Part shown: piece by piece, positions 36,052-49,666 of the stretch
How the letters are laid out: every line of letters starts with the position of its first letter
Position numbering within the stretch: position 1 is the first letter of the stretch
NCBI GenBank assembly: GCA_024451685.1
Contig: JAMXCW010000010.1
Coordinates: 3-64,002, forward strand
Direction of reading: 5' to 3'
From: Candidatus Bathyanammoxibius amoris
Lineage (GTDB): Bacteria > Planctomycetota > Brocadiia > Brocadiales > Bathyanammoxibiaceae
DNA: 64,000 nt
Program-made: the position numbers and the translations under genes
The notes under the pieces: generated by a model
Told to the model about the DNA's origin: nothing
Databases searched by the model: none
What the model saw: only the letters and a program-made list of their open reading frames with translations

Positions 36052-38124
36052 TTAAACAACACTTGCGTAGACTTCTTTGGGCGCGGCCTTGTAGTCAAAT
36101 GGTTCCATAATATAGCTTCCACGACCGCTGGTTAACGACCTGAGGGTTGTGGTATATCCAAACATCTCGGCCAGTGGCACCAGTCCTTTAATTATCCTCA
36201 CGCCGCTGCCGACACCCAACTCCTGTATCTCTGACCTGCGCCCATTCAGGTCCCCAAGGACGTCACCCAGATAGGATTCAGGTACTGCCACCTCTACTTT
36301 CATTATGGGTTCAAGCCGCACCAGGCCGACCTGCTGGATACATTGCACAATGGCCCGTGAAGCTGCGGTATAAAAGGAGAGCTCAGAGGAATCTACTGCA
36401 TGGTGAGAACCGTCTGTCAGGGTGGCTTTTATATTTATAAGGGGATAACTGCCGGCAACGCCGCCCCGCGCAGAGTCTACGATGGCCGCCTTAACATGCT
36501 TTATGTACTGCTTGGGGATGGAACCCCCGACAATCTTATTCTCAAAGATTACCGGATGGGCGTCCTTGCACGGCTCAAAGGTTATTACCACATGACCGTA
36601 CTGCCCGTGACCGCCTGTCTGCTGTACGAATTTCTCGTCTATCTCTACAGACTTGGCTATCGTCTCTTTATAAGCGACTCTCGGAGTGCCTATGTTTGCA
36701 TCCACCTTGAACTCGCTGAGCATACGGTTCTTCAGTACCTCCAGATGCAGTTCTCCCATGCCGGACATTATAAGCTGCCCTGTTTCATCGTTCATGCATG
36801 CAGTAAACGTGGGATCTTCCTTCTTCAACCTCGCCAGGGCGTAGACGAGTTTTTCTTTCTCCGCCTGGGTCTTCGGTTCGACGGCCATGGATATAACCGT
36901 TTCCGGGAAGTGCATCGGCTCCAGCAGTATCTGGTGTTGACGTTCGCAGAGGGTGTCGCCGGTAACCGTATCCTTCAGACCCACTACGGCCACTATGTCG
37001 CCTGCCGTGGCCTTTTCTACCCGCTCACGCTCGTTGGCGTGCATCTTATAAATACGGCTTACCAGTTCCGTTCTGTCTGCCCGGGGGTTATATACCCTTT
37101 GCCCTGAACGCAGATTGCCAGAATAGAGACGCAGGTAGGTCATGTCTCCGTGCTTGTCTGCGAATATCTTAAAGGCGAGAGCCGCAAGGGGTTGGTCGGG
37201 CGAGGGTTCTCTGGTCATTGTGTCTTTTTTTTGGGGATGGGTTCCGGACACCGGCGGGATCTCGAGGGGAGAGGGGAGGTAATCACATACGGCATCAAGG
37301 AGCATCTGCACTCCTTTATTCCTGAACGCCGTGCCGCAGAGCACGGGGCAGAACTTTGAGCTCACGGTGCCCTGCCGGATGGCCTTCTTTATGTCTGCCT
37401 CCGTTATAGGTTCTTCCCTCAGATATTTTTCCATAAACCAGTCTACTTCCTCCGCGATATCCTCTATCATTTTTTCTCTCAGCATGGACGCTTCGGGGAG
37501 GTATTCCTCGGGCACGTCGACCACCTCATAGTTTTTGACAAGCTCTTTCTTTGACTCTGTGTCCTCATACAGCCAGGCCTTCATCTTCACCAGGTCTATG
37601 CAGCCTATGAATTTTTGTTCCTTGCCGATGGGCATCTGTATGGGTATCGCCCTGGCGCCCAGCTTTTCTTTTATGTCTGCAACGGCACGAGCGAAATCGG
37701 CACCAACCCTGTCGAGTTTGTTTATGAAACAGAGCCTGGGCACATTATATTTGTCGGCCTGCCGCCATACGGTTTCAGACTGTGCCTGCACGCCGGCCAC
37801 GCCGCAGAATACGCATATGGCCCCGTCCAGCACCCTGAGCGACCTCTCCACCTCTGCCGTAAAGTCAACGTGTCCCGGGGTGTCTATAATGTTTATCTGG
37901 CTCTCGCCCCAGGAACACGTGGTGGCCGCCGCGGTAATGGTTATACCCCGTCTCTGCTCCTCCTCCATCCAGTCCATTGTGGCCGTACCCTGATCCACCT
38001 CTCCTATCTTGTAGGCCCTGCCTGTGTAGAAGAGTATCCTCTCGGTAAGGGTCGTCTTACCCGCGTCTATGTGCGCGGCTATTCCAATGTTGCGCAGTTT
38101 GTTAATGTCTAACTTCTTTTCCAT
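36052..38124 (-). CDS. fusA: elongation factor G
   Basis: 690 aa with G-domain motifs [17 protein letters not shown] and NKLD. Confidence 0.97.
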   Translation of the reverse strand: MEKKLDINKLRNIGIAAHIDAGKTTLTERILFYTGRAYKIGEVDQGTATMDWMEEEQRRGITITAAATTCSWGESQINIIDTPGHVDFTAEVERSLRVLDGAICVFCGVAGVQAQSETVWRQADKYNVPRLCFINKLDRVGADFARAVADIKEKLGARAIPIQMPIGKEQKFIGCIDLVKMKAWLYEDTESKKELVKNYEVVDVPEEYLPEASMLREKMIEDIAEEVDWFMEKYLREEPITEADIKKAIRQGTVSSKFCPVLCGTAFRNKGVQMLLDAVCDYLPSPLEIPPVSGTHPQKKDTMTREPSPDQPLAALAFKIFADKHGDMTYLRLYSGNLRSGQRVYNPRADRTELVSRIYKMHANERERVEKATAGDIVAVVGLKDTVTGDTLCERQHQILLEPMHFPETVISMAVEPKTQAEKEKLVYALARLKKEDPTFTACMNDETGQLIMSGMGELHLEVLKNRMLSEFKVDANIGTPRVAYKETIAKSVEIDEKFVQQTGGHGQYGHVVITFEPCKDAHPVIFENKIVGGSIPKQYIKHVKAAIVDSARGGVAGSYPLINIKATLTDGSHHAVDSSELSFYTAASRAIVQCIQQVGLVRLEPIMKVEVAVPESYLGDVLGDLNGRRSEIQELGVGSGVRIIKGLVPLAEMFGYTTTLRSLTSGRGSYIMEPFDYKAAPKEVYASVV

Positions 38125-38133
38125 AAGTGCTTT

Positions 38134-38607
38134 CTACCACGTGAAATGGGCAAACGCCTTGTTTGCATCGGCCATCTTGTGTGTATTTTCCTTCTTCGTA
38201 TATGCGGCACCCTGTTTTCTATATCCGTCCAACAGTTCATCGGCCAGCCTTCTGTGCATGGGGCGGCCCTTTTTGGCCTTCGCGGCCTGAAGGATCCACC
38301 TGATACTCAAAGAAGTCTGCCTCTTTCTGGGGACCTCTATGGGCACCTGATATGTCGCCCCGCCTATGCGTCTGGAACGCACCTCTACCATGGGCTTCAC
38401 ATTGTTTATGGCCGCCTCAAGGACTTCTATCGGTTGTTTGTCCTGAACCTTTTTTGCTATGTAGTCCATGGCGTCATAAAACACCCCTTCGGCCGTACTC
38501 TTCTTGCCCTTTCGCATCAGGCAGTTTATGAACTTGGCCGCCAGCTTGCTGTTATATCTTACGTCCGGTTTTAGAAATACCTCTGTGCTTTTATACTCAA
38601 GCCCCAT
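38134..38607 (-). CDS. rpsG: 30S ribosomal protein S7
   Basis: 157 aa with FINCLMRKGKKSTAEGVFY...GGATYQVPIEV. Confidence 0.96.
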   Translation of the reverse strand: MGLEYKSTEVFLKPDVRYNSKLAAKFINCLMRKGKKSTAEGVFYDAMDYIAKKVQDKQPIEVLEAAINNVKPMVEVRSRRIGGATYQVPIEVPRKRQTSLSIRWILQAAKAKKGRPMHRRLADELLDGYRKQGAAYTKKENTHKMADANKAFAHFTW

Positions 38608-38618
38608 AGATTGCCTCC

Positions 38619-38993
38619 CTACTTAGGACTCTTTGCGCCGTATTTTGAACGTCCACGTTTTCTCCCCGTCACGCCGCCAGTGTCCTGAGTACCCCTGACT
38701 ACGTGATACTTTACCCCCGGCAGGTCTCTAACCCTGCCGCCTCTAATCAGGACGATGGAGTGTTCCTGTAGATTGTGGCCTTCTCCAGGGATATAGGCGG
38801 TGACCTCTTTCCCATTAGAGAGCCTCACCCTGGTTACCTTCCTGAGGGCGGAGTTAGGCTTCTTGGGTGTGCGTGTCATGACCTGCAGGCAGACGCCCTT
38901 TTTATGCGGACAACCCTCAAGGTCAGGACTCTTGCTTTTTTTGCCTACCTTTTTTCTTCCCTTCCGTACAAGCTGGTTTATCGTAGGTGTCAT
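38619..38993 (-). CDS. rpsL: 30S ribosomal protein S12
   Basis: [14 protein letters not shown]...[11 protein letters not shown]. Confidence 0.97.
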   Translation of the reverse strand: MTPTINQLVRKGRKKVGKKSKSPDLEGCPHKKGVCLQVMTRTPKKPNSALRKVTRVRLSNGKEVTAYIPGEGHNLQEHSIVLIRGGRVRDLPGVKYHVVRGTQDTGGVTGRKRGRSKYGAKSPK

Positions 38994-39008
38994 ATCGGCT
39001 TATCCTCT

Positions 39009-42000
39009 TTAACTACCTATTATGTCTTCCAATCCCTTTGTCTCCTCAGATTCTACCGGCCTAACCTCAATAGCGGTAAGTCCCTTAAACCCTGTACCTG
39101 CAGGAACCAGATGTCCAAGGACGACATTCTCTTTCAAGCCCACCAACGGGTCTCTCTGTCCTTTAAGGGCGGCAAGCGTCAAGACCTTGGTGGTTTCCTG
39201 GAAGCTGGCTGCTGATATAAAGCTGTCGGACTGTAACGAGGCCTTGGTTATGCCCATAAGCATTGGTTTGGCCGTAACGGGTTTGCCTTTGGCCTCTTTA
39301 ACGCGCTTGTTTTCTTCTCTAAACCTGTGTTTTTCTATTACCATCCCGGGGAGCAGGTCGGTGTCGCCGGGGTCGTCTACGGTTATCTTGCGGAGCATCT
39401 GGGCTATAATTATCTCTATATGCTTGTCATCTATCGGTACGTTCTGTGACCGATAGACGTTCTGAACCTCCCTTAACATATACTCCTGAAGTTCCTCTTC
39501 ACCGCTGACACGCAGGGTGTCCTGCAGCACCAATGCTCCTTCTACAAGGGGGTCTCCGGCCTTAACACGGTCACCCCGGTGGACCTTGAGGTGCTTGCCC
39601 CTGGGTACCAGGTGTTCTCTCTGATGCCCTGAGACCTCATCCTTTACGATGATGGTTCTCTTGCCGCGCCTTTTTTCTCCCAGTTCCACTACCCCGTCAA
39701 TCTCACTGATAACGGCCGGGTCTTTCGGTTTTCTGGCCTCGAATATCTCGGTGACACGGGGCAGGCCTCCCGTGATGTCTTCCGTGCGGGTAATCTCCCT
39801 CGGTGTCTTGGCCAGCAGGTCTCCTGTAGCAACTGAATCGCCTTCCTCCACCTCAATGTACGCCTTCTCCGGGATAGGATAGGCACTGAGGATTTTCCCG
39901 CTTTCGTCTTCAATTATAATCTGCGGGTGGAGGTCTCCCTTGTGCTCTATGATGACCTTTCTCTCGACGCCCGTTGCGGTCTCTATCTCTGTGCGTACGG
40001 TCTTGTCCTCGACGAGATCCTCGAAGCGAATCTTTCCCGTAAATTCGGCCAGGATGGGCGTCATGTGGGGGTCCCACCTGGCAAGAACCTGCTGGGCAGA
40101 GACCTTTTTCTTTTCTTCTACCGTGATCACCGCGCCCAACGGGATAATATACTTATCTATCTGCCTGTCCTTATCGTCTACAAGCAACAACTCCCCGTTG
40201 GCCACCAGAGAGGCCAACTGACCCTGTGGATTTTTTACAACCTTCAGGTTCTGACCGAATTGTACACGACCTGTCCGCTTGGCGACGACCTCCGATTCAC
40301 CGACAGAGCGGGCCGCCGTCCCACCTATGTGAAACGTCCTCATGGTAAGCTGGGTGCCCGGCTCCCCGATAGACTGGGCGGCAATTATTCCCACAGCCGT
40401 GCCCGGCTCCACCATCTCGCCCCTCGAGAGGTCCATTCCATAACACCTGGCGCATATACCCAGAGACATCTCGCACGCAAGCGATGAACGCACGCGGATC
40501 TTCTCATAACCCAGGGCCTCTATTCGTTTCGCCTTGTCTTCGTCTATTAATTCGTTTTCCTTTACAATCACCTCGTCCTTGACAAGATCGACTATGTTGC
40601 TCCGCGCGACCCTTCCCGTTATTATCCTGCTTAGGGGGATCTCTACCTTCTCGCCGCGGTAAATTGCGCTCTTGGTGATGCCGCCAAGGGTCCCGCAGTC
40701 CTCACCGGTTATGACAACGTTTTGCGCGACGTCGGCCAGCTTTCTGGTAAGATAGCCGCTATCCGCCGTCTTCAGGGCGGTATCAGCGAGACCCTTCCTT
40801 GCGCCGTGCGTGGAACTGAAGTACTCAAGTACTCCAAGACCCTCCCTGAAGTTGGACTTTATGGGTGTCTCGATTATACGGCCGGAGGGTTTAGCCATAA
40901 GGCCTCTCATGCCGGCCAGCTGGCGTATCTGCTGGGTGCTCCCTCTCGCACCTGATGCCGTCATCAGGAACACGGGGTTAATGTATTGCTTGCCGTCACG
41001 AACGTCGTTCTCGAGCTCTTTCAACATTTCCTCGGCGACTGTGTTGCTTGCATCGGTCCAGCAATCTACAACTTGGTTGTACCGTTCGCCTTCTGTGATG
41101 GAACCCTTGCGATAAAAGCCTTGGATTTTCTCTACTTCGGCCTCCGTCTTGGCCAGTATCTCCTTTTTCTTATGGGGCATTTTCAAATCGGATGCACTAA
41201 GAGACAACCCCGCCTTCGTGCACTCTTTAAACCCGAGGGTTTTGATCGCATCCAGGAGTTCAATTGTTTCCTCCCTGCCGAGCTGCCCGTAGCAGTCTCG
41301 TATAATCCTGTTCAGGCCCCTCTGGTTGAGGCTGAAATTATAAAAGGGAAGTGACTCGTTCAATATACTGTTGAAGACTACCCTTCCTACCGTGGTCTCA
41401 ACCAACCCGTTCTTGGGTTCCTCGGGGCCGTTTAAACCAACTATCTTCCTTTCTCTGGGCAGACGCAACTGCATTTGAGTATGCACTTTGACCTTTTTCT
41501 CGCTGTAAGCCAGCAACACTTCGTCCATGCATGAAAATACTCTGGGCCGTCCGTCCTTTTTGCGTCCATCTGCCGCGGGCAGATGGGTAATGTAGTAGCA
41601 ACCAAGGACTATATCCTGTGAAGGGCTTATGATAGGTTCCCCGGAGGCCGGAGAGAATATGTTATTGGTGGACAGCATCAGCGTTATGGCCTCTATCTGT
41701 GCCTCGTAGGACAGGGGCAAGTGGACCGCCATCTGGTCACCGTCAAAGTCGGCATTGAAACCCTTACAGACCAGGGGATGTAGCTTTATGGCGTTGCCCT
41801 CTATCAACACCGGCTCGAAGGCCTGGATGCCTATCCTGTGAAGCGTTGGTGCCCGGTTCAGGAGTACGGGGTGGTGATATACTACTTCTTCCAGGATGTC
41901 CCATACAATTTCTTCTCTCTTGCCCAGTATCCTTTTGGCGCTCTTTATCGTGTCGGCCTGGCCTATCTCCTTCAGGCGTCGTATTATGAATGGCTGGAAC

Positions 42001-43112
42001 AGCTCGAGGGCTATCTTCTTGGGAAGTCCGACCTGATGCAGTTTCAACTCAGGGCCAACCACTATTACGGAACGGGCAGAGTAATCCACCCGTTTGCCCA
42101 GGAGGTTCTCCCTGAAACGGCCCTGTTTACCTTTAATCATGTCGGTCAAAGATTTAAGTGGCCTGTTATTGCTGCCCAGGACAGGGCGCTTTGACCTCTC
42201 GTTGTCGAACAGGGCGTCCACTGCCTGTTGCAACATTCTTTTTTCATTGCGGATTATTACCTCCGGCGCGTTCAGGTCGAGCAGTTTTTTCAGACGGTTG
42301 TTGCGGTTTATAACCCTGCGATAGAGGTCGTTGAGGTCTGACGTGGCAAAATTACCGCTCTCCAATAGTACCAGGGGTCTCAGGTCAGGGGGTATTACGG
42401 GAATAACCGTCAGTACCATCCATTCCGGCTGGTTGCCTGAATCCCTGACGGCTTCAACCAGTTCAAGCCGTCTTACTATCTCCCTCTGGCGCTGCTGGGA
42501 GGCTGTCTTGCCCAGTTCCTCACGAAGCGTCTTGGAGAGCTTGTTCAGGTCTAATTTTTGGAGCAGCTCCTTGATGGCCTCGGCTCCCATCTTGGCCTTA
42601 AAACCGTGCTCGTCGTATTTTTCCTGACAGTCTCTGTACTCGTCTTCACTGAGAAGCTGGCACTCGTTAAGCGGGGTGTTGCCCGGGTCAATCACGACAT
42701 AGTCTTGAAAGTAAACGACCCTCTCCAGACTGGTAGTCTTCATTCCCAGCAGGGTGCCCAGCCTTGAAGGCATCGCCTTGAAGAACCATATGTGGATTAC
42801 GGGCGCGGCCAGGCCAATATGGCCCATCCTCTTTCTTCTCTCCCGGGAGTGCGTTATCTTAACGCCGCAGCGGTCGCACACGATACCCTTGTGTTTTATA
42901 CCCTTGTATTTGCCGCAGAAACATTCCCAGTTGCGCTCCGGACCGAAGATGCGTTCACAAAAGAGCCCGTCCTTTTCGGGTCTGTACGTGCGGTAGTTGA
43001 CTGTCTCCGGTTTCTTTACCTCTCCATAGGACCAACTCCTTATGTCTTCAGGAGACGCAAGAAATATGCTCACAGCATCGTATTCGTTTATCTTCTCAAA
43101 TAATGCTTCCAC
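39009..43112 (-). CDS. rpoC: DNA-directed RNA polymerase subunit beta'
   Basis: 1367 aa with the catalytic motif [12 protein letters not shown] and the zinc motif CFCGKY...CDRCG. Confidence 0.97.
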   Translation of the reverse strand: MEALFEKINEYDAVSIFLASPEDIRSWSYGEVKKPETVNYRTYRPEKDGLFCERIFGPERNWECFCGKYKGIKHKGIVCDRCGVKITHSRERRKRMGHIGLAAPVIHIWFFKAMPSRLGTLLGMKTTSLERVVYFQDYVVIDPGNTPLNECQLLSEDEYRDCQEKYDEHGFKAKMGAEAIKELLQKLDLNKLSKTLREELGKTASQQRQREIVRRLELVEAVRDSGNQPEWMVLTVIPVIPPDLRPLVLLESGNFATSDLNDLYRRVINRNNRLKKLLDLNAPEVIIRNEKRMLQQAVDALFDNERSKRPVLGSNNRPLKSLTDMIKGKQGRFRENLLGKRVDYSARSVIVVGPELKLHQVGLPKKIALELFQPFIIRRLKEIGQADTIKSAKRILGKREEIVWDILEEVVYHHPVLLNRAPTLHRIGIQAFEPVLIEGNAIKLHPLVCKGFNADFDGDQMAVHLPLSYEAQIEAITLMLSTNNIFSPASGEPIISPSQDIVLGCYYITHLPAADGRKKDGRPRVFSCMDEVLLAYSEKKVKVHTQMQLRLPRERKIVGLNGPEEPKNGLVETTVGRVVFNSILNESLPFYNFSLNQRGLNRIIRDCYGQLGREETIELLDAIKTLGFKECTKAGLSLSASDLKMPHKKKEILAKTEAEVEKIQGFYRKGSITEGERYNQVVDCWTDASNTVAEEMLKELENDVRDGKQYINPVFLMTASGARGSTQQIRQLAGMRGLMAKPSGRIIETPIKSNFREGLGVLEYFSSTHGARKGLADTALKTADSGYLTRKLADVAQNVVITGEDCGTLGGITKSAIYRGEKVEIPLSRIITGRVARSNIVDLVKDEVIVKENELIDEDKAKRIEALGYEKIRVRSSLACEMSLGICARCYGMDLSRGEMVEPGTAVGIIAAQSIGEPGTQLTMRTFHIGGTAARSVGESEVVAKRTGRVQFGQNLKVVKNPQGQLASLVANGELLLVDDKDRQIDKYIIPLGAVITVEEKKKVSAQQVLARWDPHMTPILAEFTGKIRFEDLVEDKTVRTEIETATGVERKVIIEHKGDLHPQIIIEDESGKILSAYPIPEKAYIEVEEGDSVATGDLLAKTPREITRTEDITGGLPRVTEIFEARKPKDPAVISEIDGVVELGEKRRGKRTIIVKDEVSGHQREHLVPRGKHLKVHRGDRVKAGDPLVEGALVLQDTLRVSGEEELQEYMLREVQNVYRSQNVPIDDKHIEIIIAQMLRKITVDDPGDTDLLPGMVIEKHRFREENKRVKEAKGKPVTAKPMLMGITKASLQSDSFISAASFQETTKVLTLAALKGQRDPLVGLKENVVLGHLVPAGTGFKGLTAIEVRPVESEETKGLEDIIGS

Positions 43113-43135
43113 AATACACCTCTTATTCTAATATC

Positions 43136-46100
43136 TTATAAACCCTTCTTTTCCAGGTGCAGGTTAAGGCAGAGGCCCTGTACCTCCTTCGAAAGTACAT
43201 CAAACGAGGCCGGAGTACCGGCCTCCAGGCAGTTTTCACCTTTTACCATAGACTCGTATATCTTGGTTCTGCCCTCCACATCGTCACTCTTAACGGTAAG
43301 AAGCTCCTGCAGATTGTAGGCCGCGCCATAGGCCTCCAGGGCCCAAACCTCCATCTCGCCAAACCTCTGACCTCCAAAGCGGGCCTTTCCTCCCAGGGGC
43401 TGCTGTGTTATCAGGGAGTATGGCCCCGTGGCGCGTGCGTGGACCTTATCGTCTACCAGATGGTGAAGTTTCATCATGTACATGTATCCAACCGTTACTT
43501 TCTGTTCGAAGGGCTCACCCGTACGGCCGTCGTACATGGTGACCTTTCCGTCTTCCTGCAGCCCTGCCTCTTTCAACGTGGCCTTTATCTCGGATTCCTT
43601 GGCGCCCTCAAATACGGGTGTAACGGCCTGAAAACCCAAATGCTTTGCGGCCCAGCCCAAATGGGTCTCCAATATCTGCCCAACGTTCATCCTGGAAGGC
43701 ACACCAAGAGGATTTAGCAGTACCTGCACCGGGGTGCCGTCTTCAAGGAACGGCATGTCCTCTTCCGGCAACACCTTGGCGATTACGCCCTTGTTGCCGT
43801 GTCTTCCCGCCATCTTGTCTCCAACGGACAGCCGTCTCCTTGTGGCCAATGAGACCTTGGCTACCTCTAATACCCCGCTTGGAAGCTCGTCACCCCTCTT
43901 CAGCTGGTTTATCTTTCTGTCTCGCTCGTCCTTGAGGGACTCTATCTTATCGATAGAGGGTTTCGAGGTGGCAATCGCGGCGCTCCTTGCCTCCTTGCTG
44001 GAAAACTTTATGTTCTCGACGTTGAAGGCCTCCTCAAGCTCTAAGACGCGCTTCGAAGGCATGCCGACACGCACGACGAATTCCTGTAACGTCTGGGTGT
44101 CTACCAGGGGTTTCCTTGTCTCCTTCTGGATAGCCTGTACCATGGCAATAAATTCCCTGGATATCTCTCTGCCATATTTTTGCTCCGTGTCGCTAATCTG
44201 CTGGTTAATCTTTTTTCTCTCCTGTTCCGAGAGATAAGCCCTTCGAGAGAATCCCTGAGTACCCAAAACCGTACCTTCTATGCCGGAAGGCACCTCCAGC
44301 GACTCGTTTCTCACGTCTTCACCCGCACGTCCAAAGATCGCGTAAAGGAGTTTCTCCTCAGGGGACAGTTCACCACGGCTCTTCGGGGCTATCTTACCCA
44401 CCAGGATGTCACCGGGTCCGACCTTCGTTCCTCCCAGCACCACTCCATGCTCATCCAGGTTCTTAAGGGCCTTTTCGGAGACACTTGGTATGTCTCTCGT
44501 AAACTCCTCCCGGCCCAACTTTGTTTCCCGGACCTCAGCCTCGAAGTCTTCCCTGTGGATGGAGGTAAACATGTCATCCTTCAGAAGCTTTTCGCTTACG
44601 ACTATAGCGTCTTCAAAGTTGTAACCGTCCCAGACCAGAAAGGCCACCAGCACGTCGCACCCAAGGCTCAATTCGCCGCCGCTGGTAGCCGCACCGTCCG
44701 CTATCACCTGCCCCTTCTTTACCGATTGGCCTTCTCTGACAATGGGCCTCTGGTTGAGACAGGTACCTTCGTTAGACCCCACAAACTTCCTGAGATGATA
44801 TTCGTCATGGTCGTCAATAACTATATGTTCGGCGTCAACTGCCGTAACGACGCCGGACTTCCTGGCACATATAACCATGCTGGAGTTCTGTGCCACGACC
44901 TTTTCCATCCCTGTAGCCACTATGGGCGGCGCAGTCTTCAGCAGCGGGACGGCCTGGCGCTGCATGTTTGAACCCATGAGTGCGCGGTTTGCGTCGCTGT
45001 GTTCAAGAAACGGAATCAGACTGGCCGACACGCCTACTAACTGCTTGGGAGAAACGTCTATATAATTGATCTTCGAGGATTCCGTCATATAGAAATCCCC
45101 GTTATATCTGGTGAGCACCTCGTCGGTCAGTTGACCGCGTTTCCCATTTGAGGCAGCCATGGCATCCATCGGTACCAGGTATTTGCCCTCTTCCTCGTCG
45201 GCCCTGAGATACTCTACGTTCCCGGTCGGTTTGCCGTTTCTGACCTTCTGATATGGTGTGACCAGGAACCCGTAAGGGTCAACGGTCGCATATATGCTTA
45301 GTGACGCAATAAGACCAATATTGGTGCCTTCCGGGGTCTCGATGGGGCATATCCTGCCGTAGTGGGAGATGTGTACGTCCCTGACCTCAAAGCCGGCCCT
45401 CTTACGGTTGAGTCCCCCCGGCCCCAGGGCACTCAGGCGCCTCTCATGAGTAAGCTGGGCAAGCGGGTTGGTCTGGTCCAGGACCTGAGAGAGTTCGCCA
45501 CGGCTGAAGAAATAGTCTATCGTAGACATAATGGTCTTGGAGTTGATTAATACCCTGGGGGTGAGCTGGTCGAGCTCTTTACCGCTCATCCTTTCCTGAA
45601 CCGTTCTGCGCAGTTTGAGAAAGCCCCTGCGAAGCTCCTCGCCCACCAGTTCGTCAATGGTCCGCAAACGGCGATTCCCGAGGTGGTCAATGTCATCCAC
45701 GACGGCACCCCCGCCCTTACGCAGCTTTATTATATACTTAATGGAATTTACTATATCGTCCTTCTGGAGGGTCATCTCGTTTGCGCCGATGTCCTGATTG
45801 AATTTCCGGTTCAACCGGAACCGGCCCACCGAGCCGAGCCTGTATCTTTTCGGGTCGAAAAATTTTTCGTAAAAGAGCTGCTTCGCCTTGTCCAAATGCG
45901 GAGGGTTGCCCGGTCTGAACCTGACATACAGCTTCAACAACGCCTCTTCGTGTGAACCGGTCTTATCGTCCTGCAGCGAACTGAGCACCAGAAGGTCTTC
46001 GGCTGTCTTTACTATTTCCAACTCTTTTTGTCCGAGTTTAGCCAGATCGTCGATAATGCCTTCAGTGATTAGAACACCCGCCTTCAGCACTACTTCGCCG

Positions 46101-46816
46101 GTCTTTGGGTCGAATACCGTCTGGGCGGAATAATTCTGCTTCAGCTTGGCGGGGTTTGTAAGCCTTACCGTCTCTGTTTCATAAAAGAGCCGGATTATGT
46201 CTTCGTTTCTTGAGAATTCTTCTCCCATCGCCCTCAGGAAACACGTCGCGGGGAACCGTCCGCTCTGGTCTATGCGCACGTTAAGCACGTCTTTCTTGCC
46301 AACCTCTATCTCTACCCAGCTTCCTCTTTCAGGGATTATCCTGCAGGAATGCCGCCTCTTTTCGGTCTGTACCTCCTCTAAGAAATCTACGCCGGGTGAA
46401 CGATGAAGTTGTGTTACTATAACCCTCTCGGTGCCGTTTATGATGAATTCTCCGCCCCCTATCATAATCGGCATCTCGCCCACATAAACATCCTCCTCGA
46501 CGCACTCTCCCCTTTCCTTAAACGTTAGGCGGAGCCGCAGCCTGAGGGGTCTTCCATACGTAAGACGGAGCTGCCGGCACTCTTCAGGGCTATACCTGGC
46601 CTTGCTCAGTTCATACTTGACATACTCTAGCGACACCAGGTCGTCATAGCTTTTGATGGGGAAAATCTCCTTGAGTATGGCCTCAAGCCCCTTGCTCTTC
46701 CTCCTCGAGGCGGGGACGTCGGCCTGCAAGAACCCGCCATACGCATCTGTCTGGATACTGGTGAGGTTGGGAATCTCTACCAGGTTTTTGGTTTTTCCAT
46801 AATCACGTACTTCCAT
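43136..46816 (-). CDS. rpoB: DNA-directed RNA polymerase subunit beta
   Basis: 1226 aa with the conserved blocks GRHGNKGV and [19 protein letters not shown]. Confidence 0.97.
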   Translation of the reverse strand: MEVRDYGKTKNLVEIPNLTSIQTDAYGGFLQADVPASRRKSKGLEAILKEIFPIKSYDDLVSLEYVKYELSKARYSPEECRQLRLTYGRPLRLRLRLTFKERGECVEEDVYVGEMPIMIGGGEFIINGTERVIVTQLHRSPGVDFLEEVQTEKRRHSCRIIPERGSWVEIEVGKKDVLNVRIDQSGRFPATCFLRAMGEEFSRNEDIIRLFYETETVRLTNPAKLKQNYSAQTVFDPKTGEVVLKAGVLITEGIIDDLAKLGQKELEIVKTAEDLLVLSSLQDDKTGSHEEALLKLYVRFRPGNPPHLDKAKQLFYEKFFDPKRYRLGSVGRFRLNRKFNQDIGANEMTLQKDDIVNSIKYIIKLRKGGGAVVDDIDHLGNRRLRTIDELVGEELRRGFLKLRRTVQERMSGKELDQLTPRVLINSKTIMSTIDYFFSRGELSQVLDQTNPLAQLTHERRLSALGPGGLNRKRAGFEVRDVHISHYGRICPIETPEGTNIGLIASLSIYATVDPYGFLVTPYQKVRNGKPTGNVEYLRADEEEGKYLVPMDAMAASNGKRGQLTDEVLTRYNGDFYMTESSKINYIDVSPKQLVGVSASLIPFLEHSDANRALMGSNMQRQAVPLLKTAPPIVATGMEKVVAQNSSMVICARKSGVVTAVDAEHIVIDDHDEYHLRKFVGSNEGTCLNQRPIVREGQSVKKGQVIADGAATSGGELSLGCDVLVAFLVWDGYNFEDAIVVSEKLLKDDMFTSIHREDFEAEVRETKLGREEFTRDIPSVSEKALKNLDEHGVVLGGTKVGPGDILVGKIAPKSRGELSPEEKLLYAIFGRAGEDVRNESLEVPSGIEGTVLGTQGFSRRAYLSEQERKKINQQISDTEQKYGREISREFIAMVQAIQKETRKPLVDTQTLQEFVVRVGMPSKRVLELEEAFNVENIKFSSKEARSAAIATSKPSIDKIESLKDERDRKINQLKRGDELPSGVLEVAKVSLATRRRLSVGDKMAGRHGNKGVIAKVLPEEDMPFLEDGTPVQVLLNPLGVPSRMNVGQILETHLGWAAKHLGFQAVTPVFEGAKESEIKATLKEAGLQEDGKVTMYDGRTGEPFEQKVTVGYMYMMKLHHLVDDKVHARATGPYSLITQQPLGGKARFGGQRFGEMEVWALEAYGAAYNLQELLTVKSDDVEGRTKIYESMVKGENCLEAGTPASFDVLSKEVQGLCLNLHLEKKGL

Positions 46817-46858
46817 TATGACCTTCCTTCAAAACGTTTCGTGCCTCAATATCGGGCA

Positions 46859-47302
46859 CTATTTTACTTCGACGCTGGCTCCGGCTTCTTCGAGCTCTTT
46901 CTTTATCTTATCAGCATCTTCTTTGGAAACATCTTCCCTGACGGGCTTGGGCGCCTCATCCACCAGACCCTTTGCCTCTTTCAGGCCCAGTGTGGTGTGT
47001 GCCCTGACCACTTTTATGACCTGGATCTTGTTCGGTCCCACGGCCTTTAGAATTACATCAAAAGACGTCTTCTCCTCCGCGGCAGCAGCTTCAGCGCCAC
47101 CGGCACCGCCAGCCACCGCAACCGGCGCAGCGGCCATGGCCTTGACGTCAAACTTCTCCTCAAAGGCCTTTACCAGATCAGAGGCCTCTGTCAGCGTAAG
47201 CCCACCCACCATCTCCAATATGTCGTTTATCTTCTTAGGGTAGGTAACCTGACTCTCCTCCGTAGCGACGGAACCCTCTGTTTTTACCTCCTCGGCAGAC
47301 AT
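46859..47302 (-). CDS. rplL: 50S ribosomal protein L7/L12
   Basis: Ala/Gly hinge followed by the C-terminal domain [27 protein letters not shown]. There is a roughly 20-aa N-terminal extension. Confidence 0.95.
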   Translation of the reverse strand: MSAEEVKTEGSVATEESQVTYPKKINDILEMVGGLTLTEASDLVKAFEEKFDVKAMAAAPVAVAGGAGGAEAAAAEEKTSFDVILKAVGPNKIQVIKVVRAHTTLGLKEAKGLVDEAPKPVREDVSKEDADKIKKELEEAGASVEVK

Positions 47303-47308
47303 TGTTCT

Positions 47309-47854
47309 TTAACCTCCCATCTCTGAATCAGTGTTGTCCTTTTCCTTCTTCTCTCTTACGGCGTCAAGCACGTTACGCAGTTTCTGCACCGGCGCTGATA
47401 CCGCCATAGCAAATCTCGTCATTGGCGAGCTGATGAGCGTCACCATCTGCGCATAGAGCACGTCCCTGGACGGAAGCCTGGAAAGCTGCTCCACCTCAGG
47501 CCTGGAAATAAGACGCCCCTCAACCAGGCCGCCTTTTATGCTCAGGGACGGGACCTTCTTGCTCCAGCCCACAAGCGTCTTCGCCAGCACCACCGGGTCA
47601 TCACCCCCGGCAATTATGGCCGTAGGACCCTTAAGCAGTTCAGCCAGCCCTCCGTTGCCCACTTCCTTAAGGGCCAATTTGACAAGCGAATTTTTCACCA
47701 CCTCAAAACGTATATTCTTTGCGCCCAAGTCCCTGCGTAGATCGTCGGCCTCCATGGCATTTATGCCCTGGTAGTTCAAGATCATGCAATCCTGCACGTC
47801 TTTGTATCTTGCGTTCAGTTCCTTCGTAATCAGCGCGTTTATCGTGCTTGCCAT
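47309..47854 (-). CDS. rplJ: 50S ribosomal protein L10
   Basis: L10-like body with its position between rplA and rplL. The start is trimmed to ATG 47854 (MASTINALITKEL...) because the longer ORF overlaps rplA. Confidence 0.92.
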   Translation of the reverse strand: MASTINALITKELNARYKDVQDCMILNYQGINAMEADDLRRDLGAKNIRFEVVKNSLVKLALKEVGNGGLAELLKGPTAIIAGGDDPVVLAKTLVGWSKKVPSLSIKGGLVEGRLISRPEVEQLSRLPSRDVLYAQMVTLISSPMTRFAMAVSAPVQKLRNVLDAVREKKEKDNTDSEMGG

Positions 47855-47864
47855 AGTCTTGTTC

Positions 47865-48545
47865 CTACACCGCCAGGCTAATGCCGGGGCCCATCGTCGA
47901 GGATATCGTCGTCTTCTGGAGAAAAGCACCCTTGGCGGAGGGCGGTTTAGACGCAATGATGTGATTTATAAACGACTCTATATTCTCCGTAAGGTCTTCA
48001 GTACTGAACGAGACCTTCCCGACCAGGGCGTGGATGTTGCCGCCCGCGTCATTCCTGTATTCTATCTTTCCAGCCTTGAATTCCTCTACGGTCTCATTTA
48101 TCTTGTCGGTAACCGTCCCGGACTTCGGTGACGGCATTTTTCCCTGGGGTCCCAATACCCTTCCGAGCTTGCCTATCTGGCGCATCATATCCGGGGTCGC
48201 TATCGCCACGTCAAAATCCATCCAGCCTCCCTCCACCTTCTTTATTAATTCCTCCGCCCCGGCCTCCACGGCACCGGCTTTTTTTGCCTCTTCCGCCTTC
48301 TCTCCCTTGGCAAACACCACTACTTTGAGCACTTTGCCTATCCCCTTCGGCAGGGAGATCGACCCCCTGACCATCTGTTCCGAACGCTTCGGGTCTATAC
48401 CTAATTTTATCACGACATCTACGCTCTCATCGAACTTGGCCCCTGGAAGCCCTTTCAACACGTCAATGCCTTCCCTGATCGAGTATCTCTTCTTGTCATC
48501 GTACGACTTCTTGCTCTCGGCGTATCTTTTGCTCTTCCCGGCCAT
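47865..48545 (-). CDS. rplA: 50S ribosomal protein L1
   Basis: FDESVDVVIKLGIDPKRSEQMVRGSISLPKG. Confidence 0.96.
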   Translation of the reverse strand: MAGKSKRYAESKKSYDDKKRYSIREGIDVLKGLPGAKFDESVDVVIKLGIDPKRSEQMVRGSISLPKGIGKVLKVVVFAKGEKAEEAKKAGAVEAGAEELIKKVEGGWMDFDVAIATPDMMRQIGKLGRVLGPQGKMPSPKSGTVTDKINETVEEFKAGKIEYRNDAGGNIHALVGKVSFSTEDLTENIESFINHIIASKPPSAKGAFLQKTTISSTMGPGISLAV

Positions 48546-48549
48546 TTTC

Positions 48550-48975
48550 TTAGTCCACGACCTCCAGGCCCATGCTCCTTGCAGTGCCCTCTATAATCTT
48601 CGACGCCTGCTCCAGGTCCCGGGTATTAAGGTCCTTAAACTTCGCCTTCGCCACCGCCGCCACCTGTTCCCTGGTAACGCGGCCGGCCTTTTCTCTGTTG
48701 GGGACGCCTGAACCCTTGGCTATCTGAGCTGCCTGTTTTAGCAGCACCGAAGCCGGCGGAGACTTCAGTATGAAGTCAAAGCTCTTGTCTTTATAGACGG
48801 TAATTTCGACGGGAGTTATAACCCCTTGAGCGGCCTTGGTCTTTTCGTTGTATTGTGAGACAAAAAGACCGATGTTAACGCCGTGCTGTCCGAGGGCCGG
48901 CCCTACGGGCGGCGCGGGGGTGGCCTGTCCGCCGGGTATCTGTAACTTTATCTTTGCGATAATCACTTTCGCCAT
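48550..48975 (-). CDS. rplK: 50S ribosomal protein L11
   Basis: [26 protein letters not shown]. Confidence 0.96.
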   Translation of the reverse strand: MAKVIIAKIKLQIPGGQATPAPPVGPALGQHGVNIGLFVSQYNEKTKAAQGVITPVEITVYKDKSFDFILKSPPASVLLKQAAQIAKGSGVPNREKAGRVTREQVAAVAKAKFKDLNTRDLEQASKIIEGTARSMGLEVVD

Positions 48976-48976
48976 G

Positions 48977-49525
48977 TCAGACCTGTTCTACCTGCCAGTA
49001 CTCCAGCTCTACAGGGGTTGACCTACCGAAGATGGTTAAGATTATTCTTACCCTGCCACTGGTCTCAAAGATTTCTTCCACCGTACCGTCAAAGTTCTCA
49101 AAGGGCCCTTCCTTTATTCTTACCCTGTCGCCCTCTTTGAATTTTATGCTGGCCTTAGGTTGTTCCTCCTTGCTTTCCAGGTCGGAAAGCATCTTTTCCA
49201 CCTCGTAATTGGCCATGGGCACAGGCTTCTTGTCTCCTCCGATAAAGTCCCCGGTCCCGGGGGTCTCCCTTATAAGGAACCACACGTCGGAGGGAATATT
49301 ACCATCTTCATCCACCTCTATCTCAGCCATAATGTATCCAGGGTATATCTTTCTCTCGCGAACCCTCTTCTTCCCACCTTTAATCTCGGAGACCTTCTCG
49401 GTGGGCACTAGCACCTTCGCTACTTTATCTTCTATTGCCCTTATCCTTGCAGATTCTTCCAGCGTATTTTTCACCTTCTCTTCCCTGTTACTTTGAACCC
49501 TTAACACAAACCACTTTTTTGGCAT
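48977..49525 (-). CDS. nusG: transcription termination/antitermination factor NusG
   Basis: [18 protein letters not shown] and a C-terminal KOW region ([18 protein letters not shown]). ATG 49525 is preferred over TTG 49543. Confidence 0.94.
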   Translation of the reverse strand: MPKKWFVLRVQSNREEKVKNTLEESARIRAIEDKVAKVLVPTEKVSEIKGGKKRVRERKIYPGYIMAEIEVDEDGNIPSDVWFLIRETPGTGDFIGGDKKPVPMANYEVEKMLSDLESKEEQPKASIKFKEGDRVRIKEGPFENFDGTVEEIFETSGRVRIILTIFGRSTPVELEYWQVEQV

Positions 49526-49666
49526 TGTTATAGACACCTTCAAAAAAAGCCCTCTTATACCCAGTAAAAACCCCGTTGCGAAAGACTGTATGGAAGGGGC
49601 GGAAACCGAGGGGCTTCAGTGCAGCGGCAACCTTGAGGCAAAGCTACCGCCTGAAAGGCAACCTCC

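Noticed and set aside
36400-37107. 235-aa plus-strand ORF antisense to fusA; similar long antisense ORFs occur in rpoB (44180-44971), rpoC and tuf
   Set aside because: These are antisense shadows inside highly conserved genes, with no independent coding signal.
49526-49666. Unusually long (141 nt) secE-nusG spacer with repeated GGCAACCT words and a T-run
   Set aside because: I could not fold a convincing stem-loop, terminator or known leader by eye. It may be a simple spacer or an internal promoter. RNA folding and conservation analysis would be needed.
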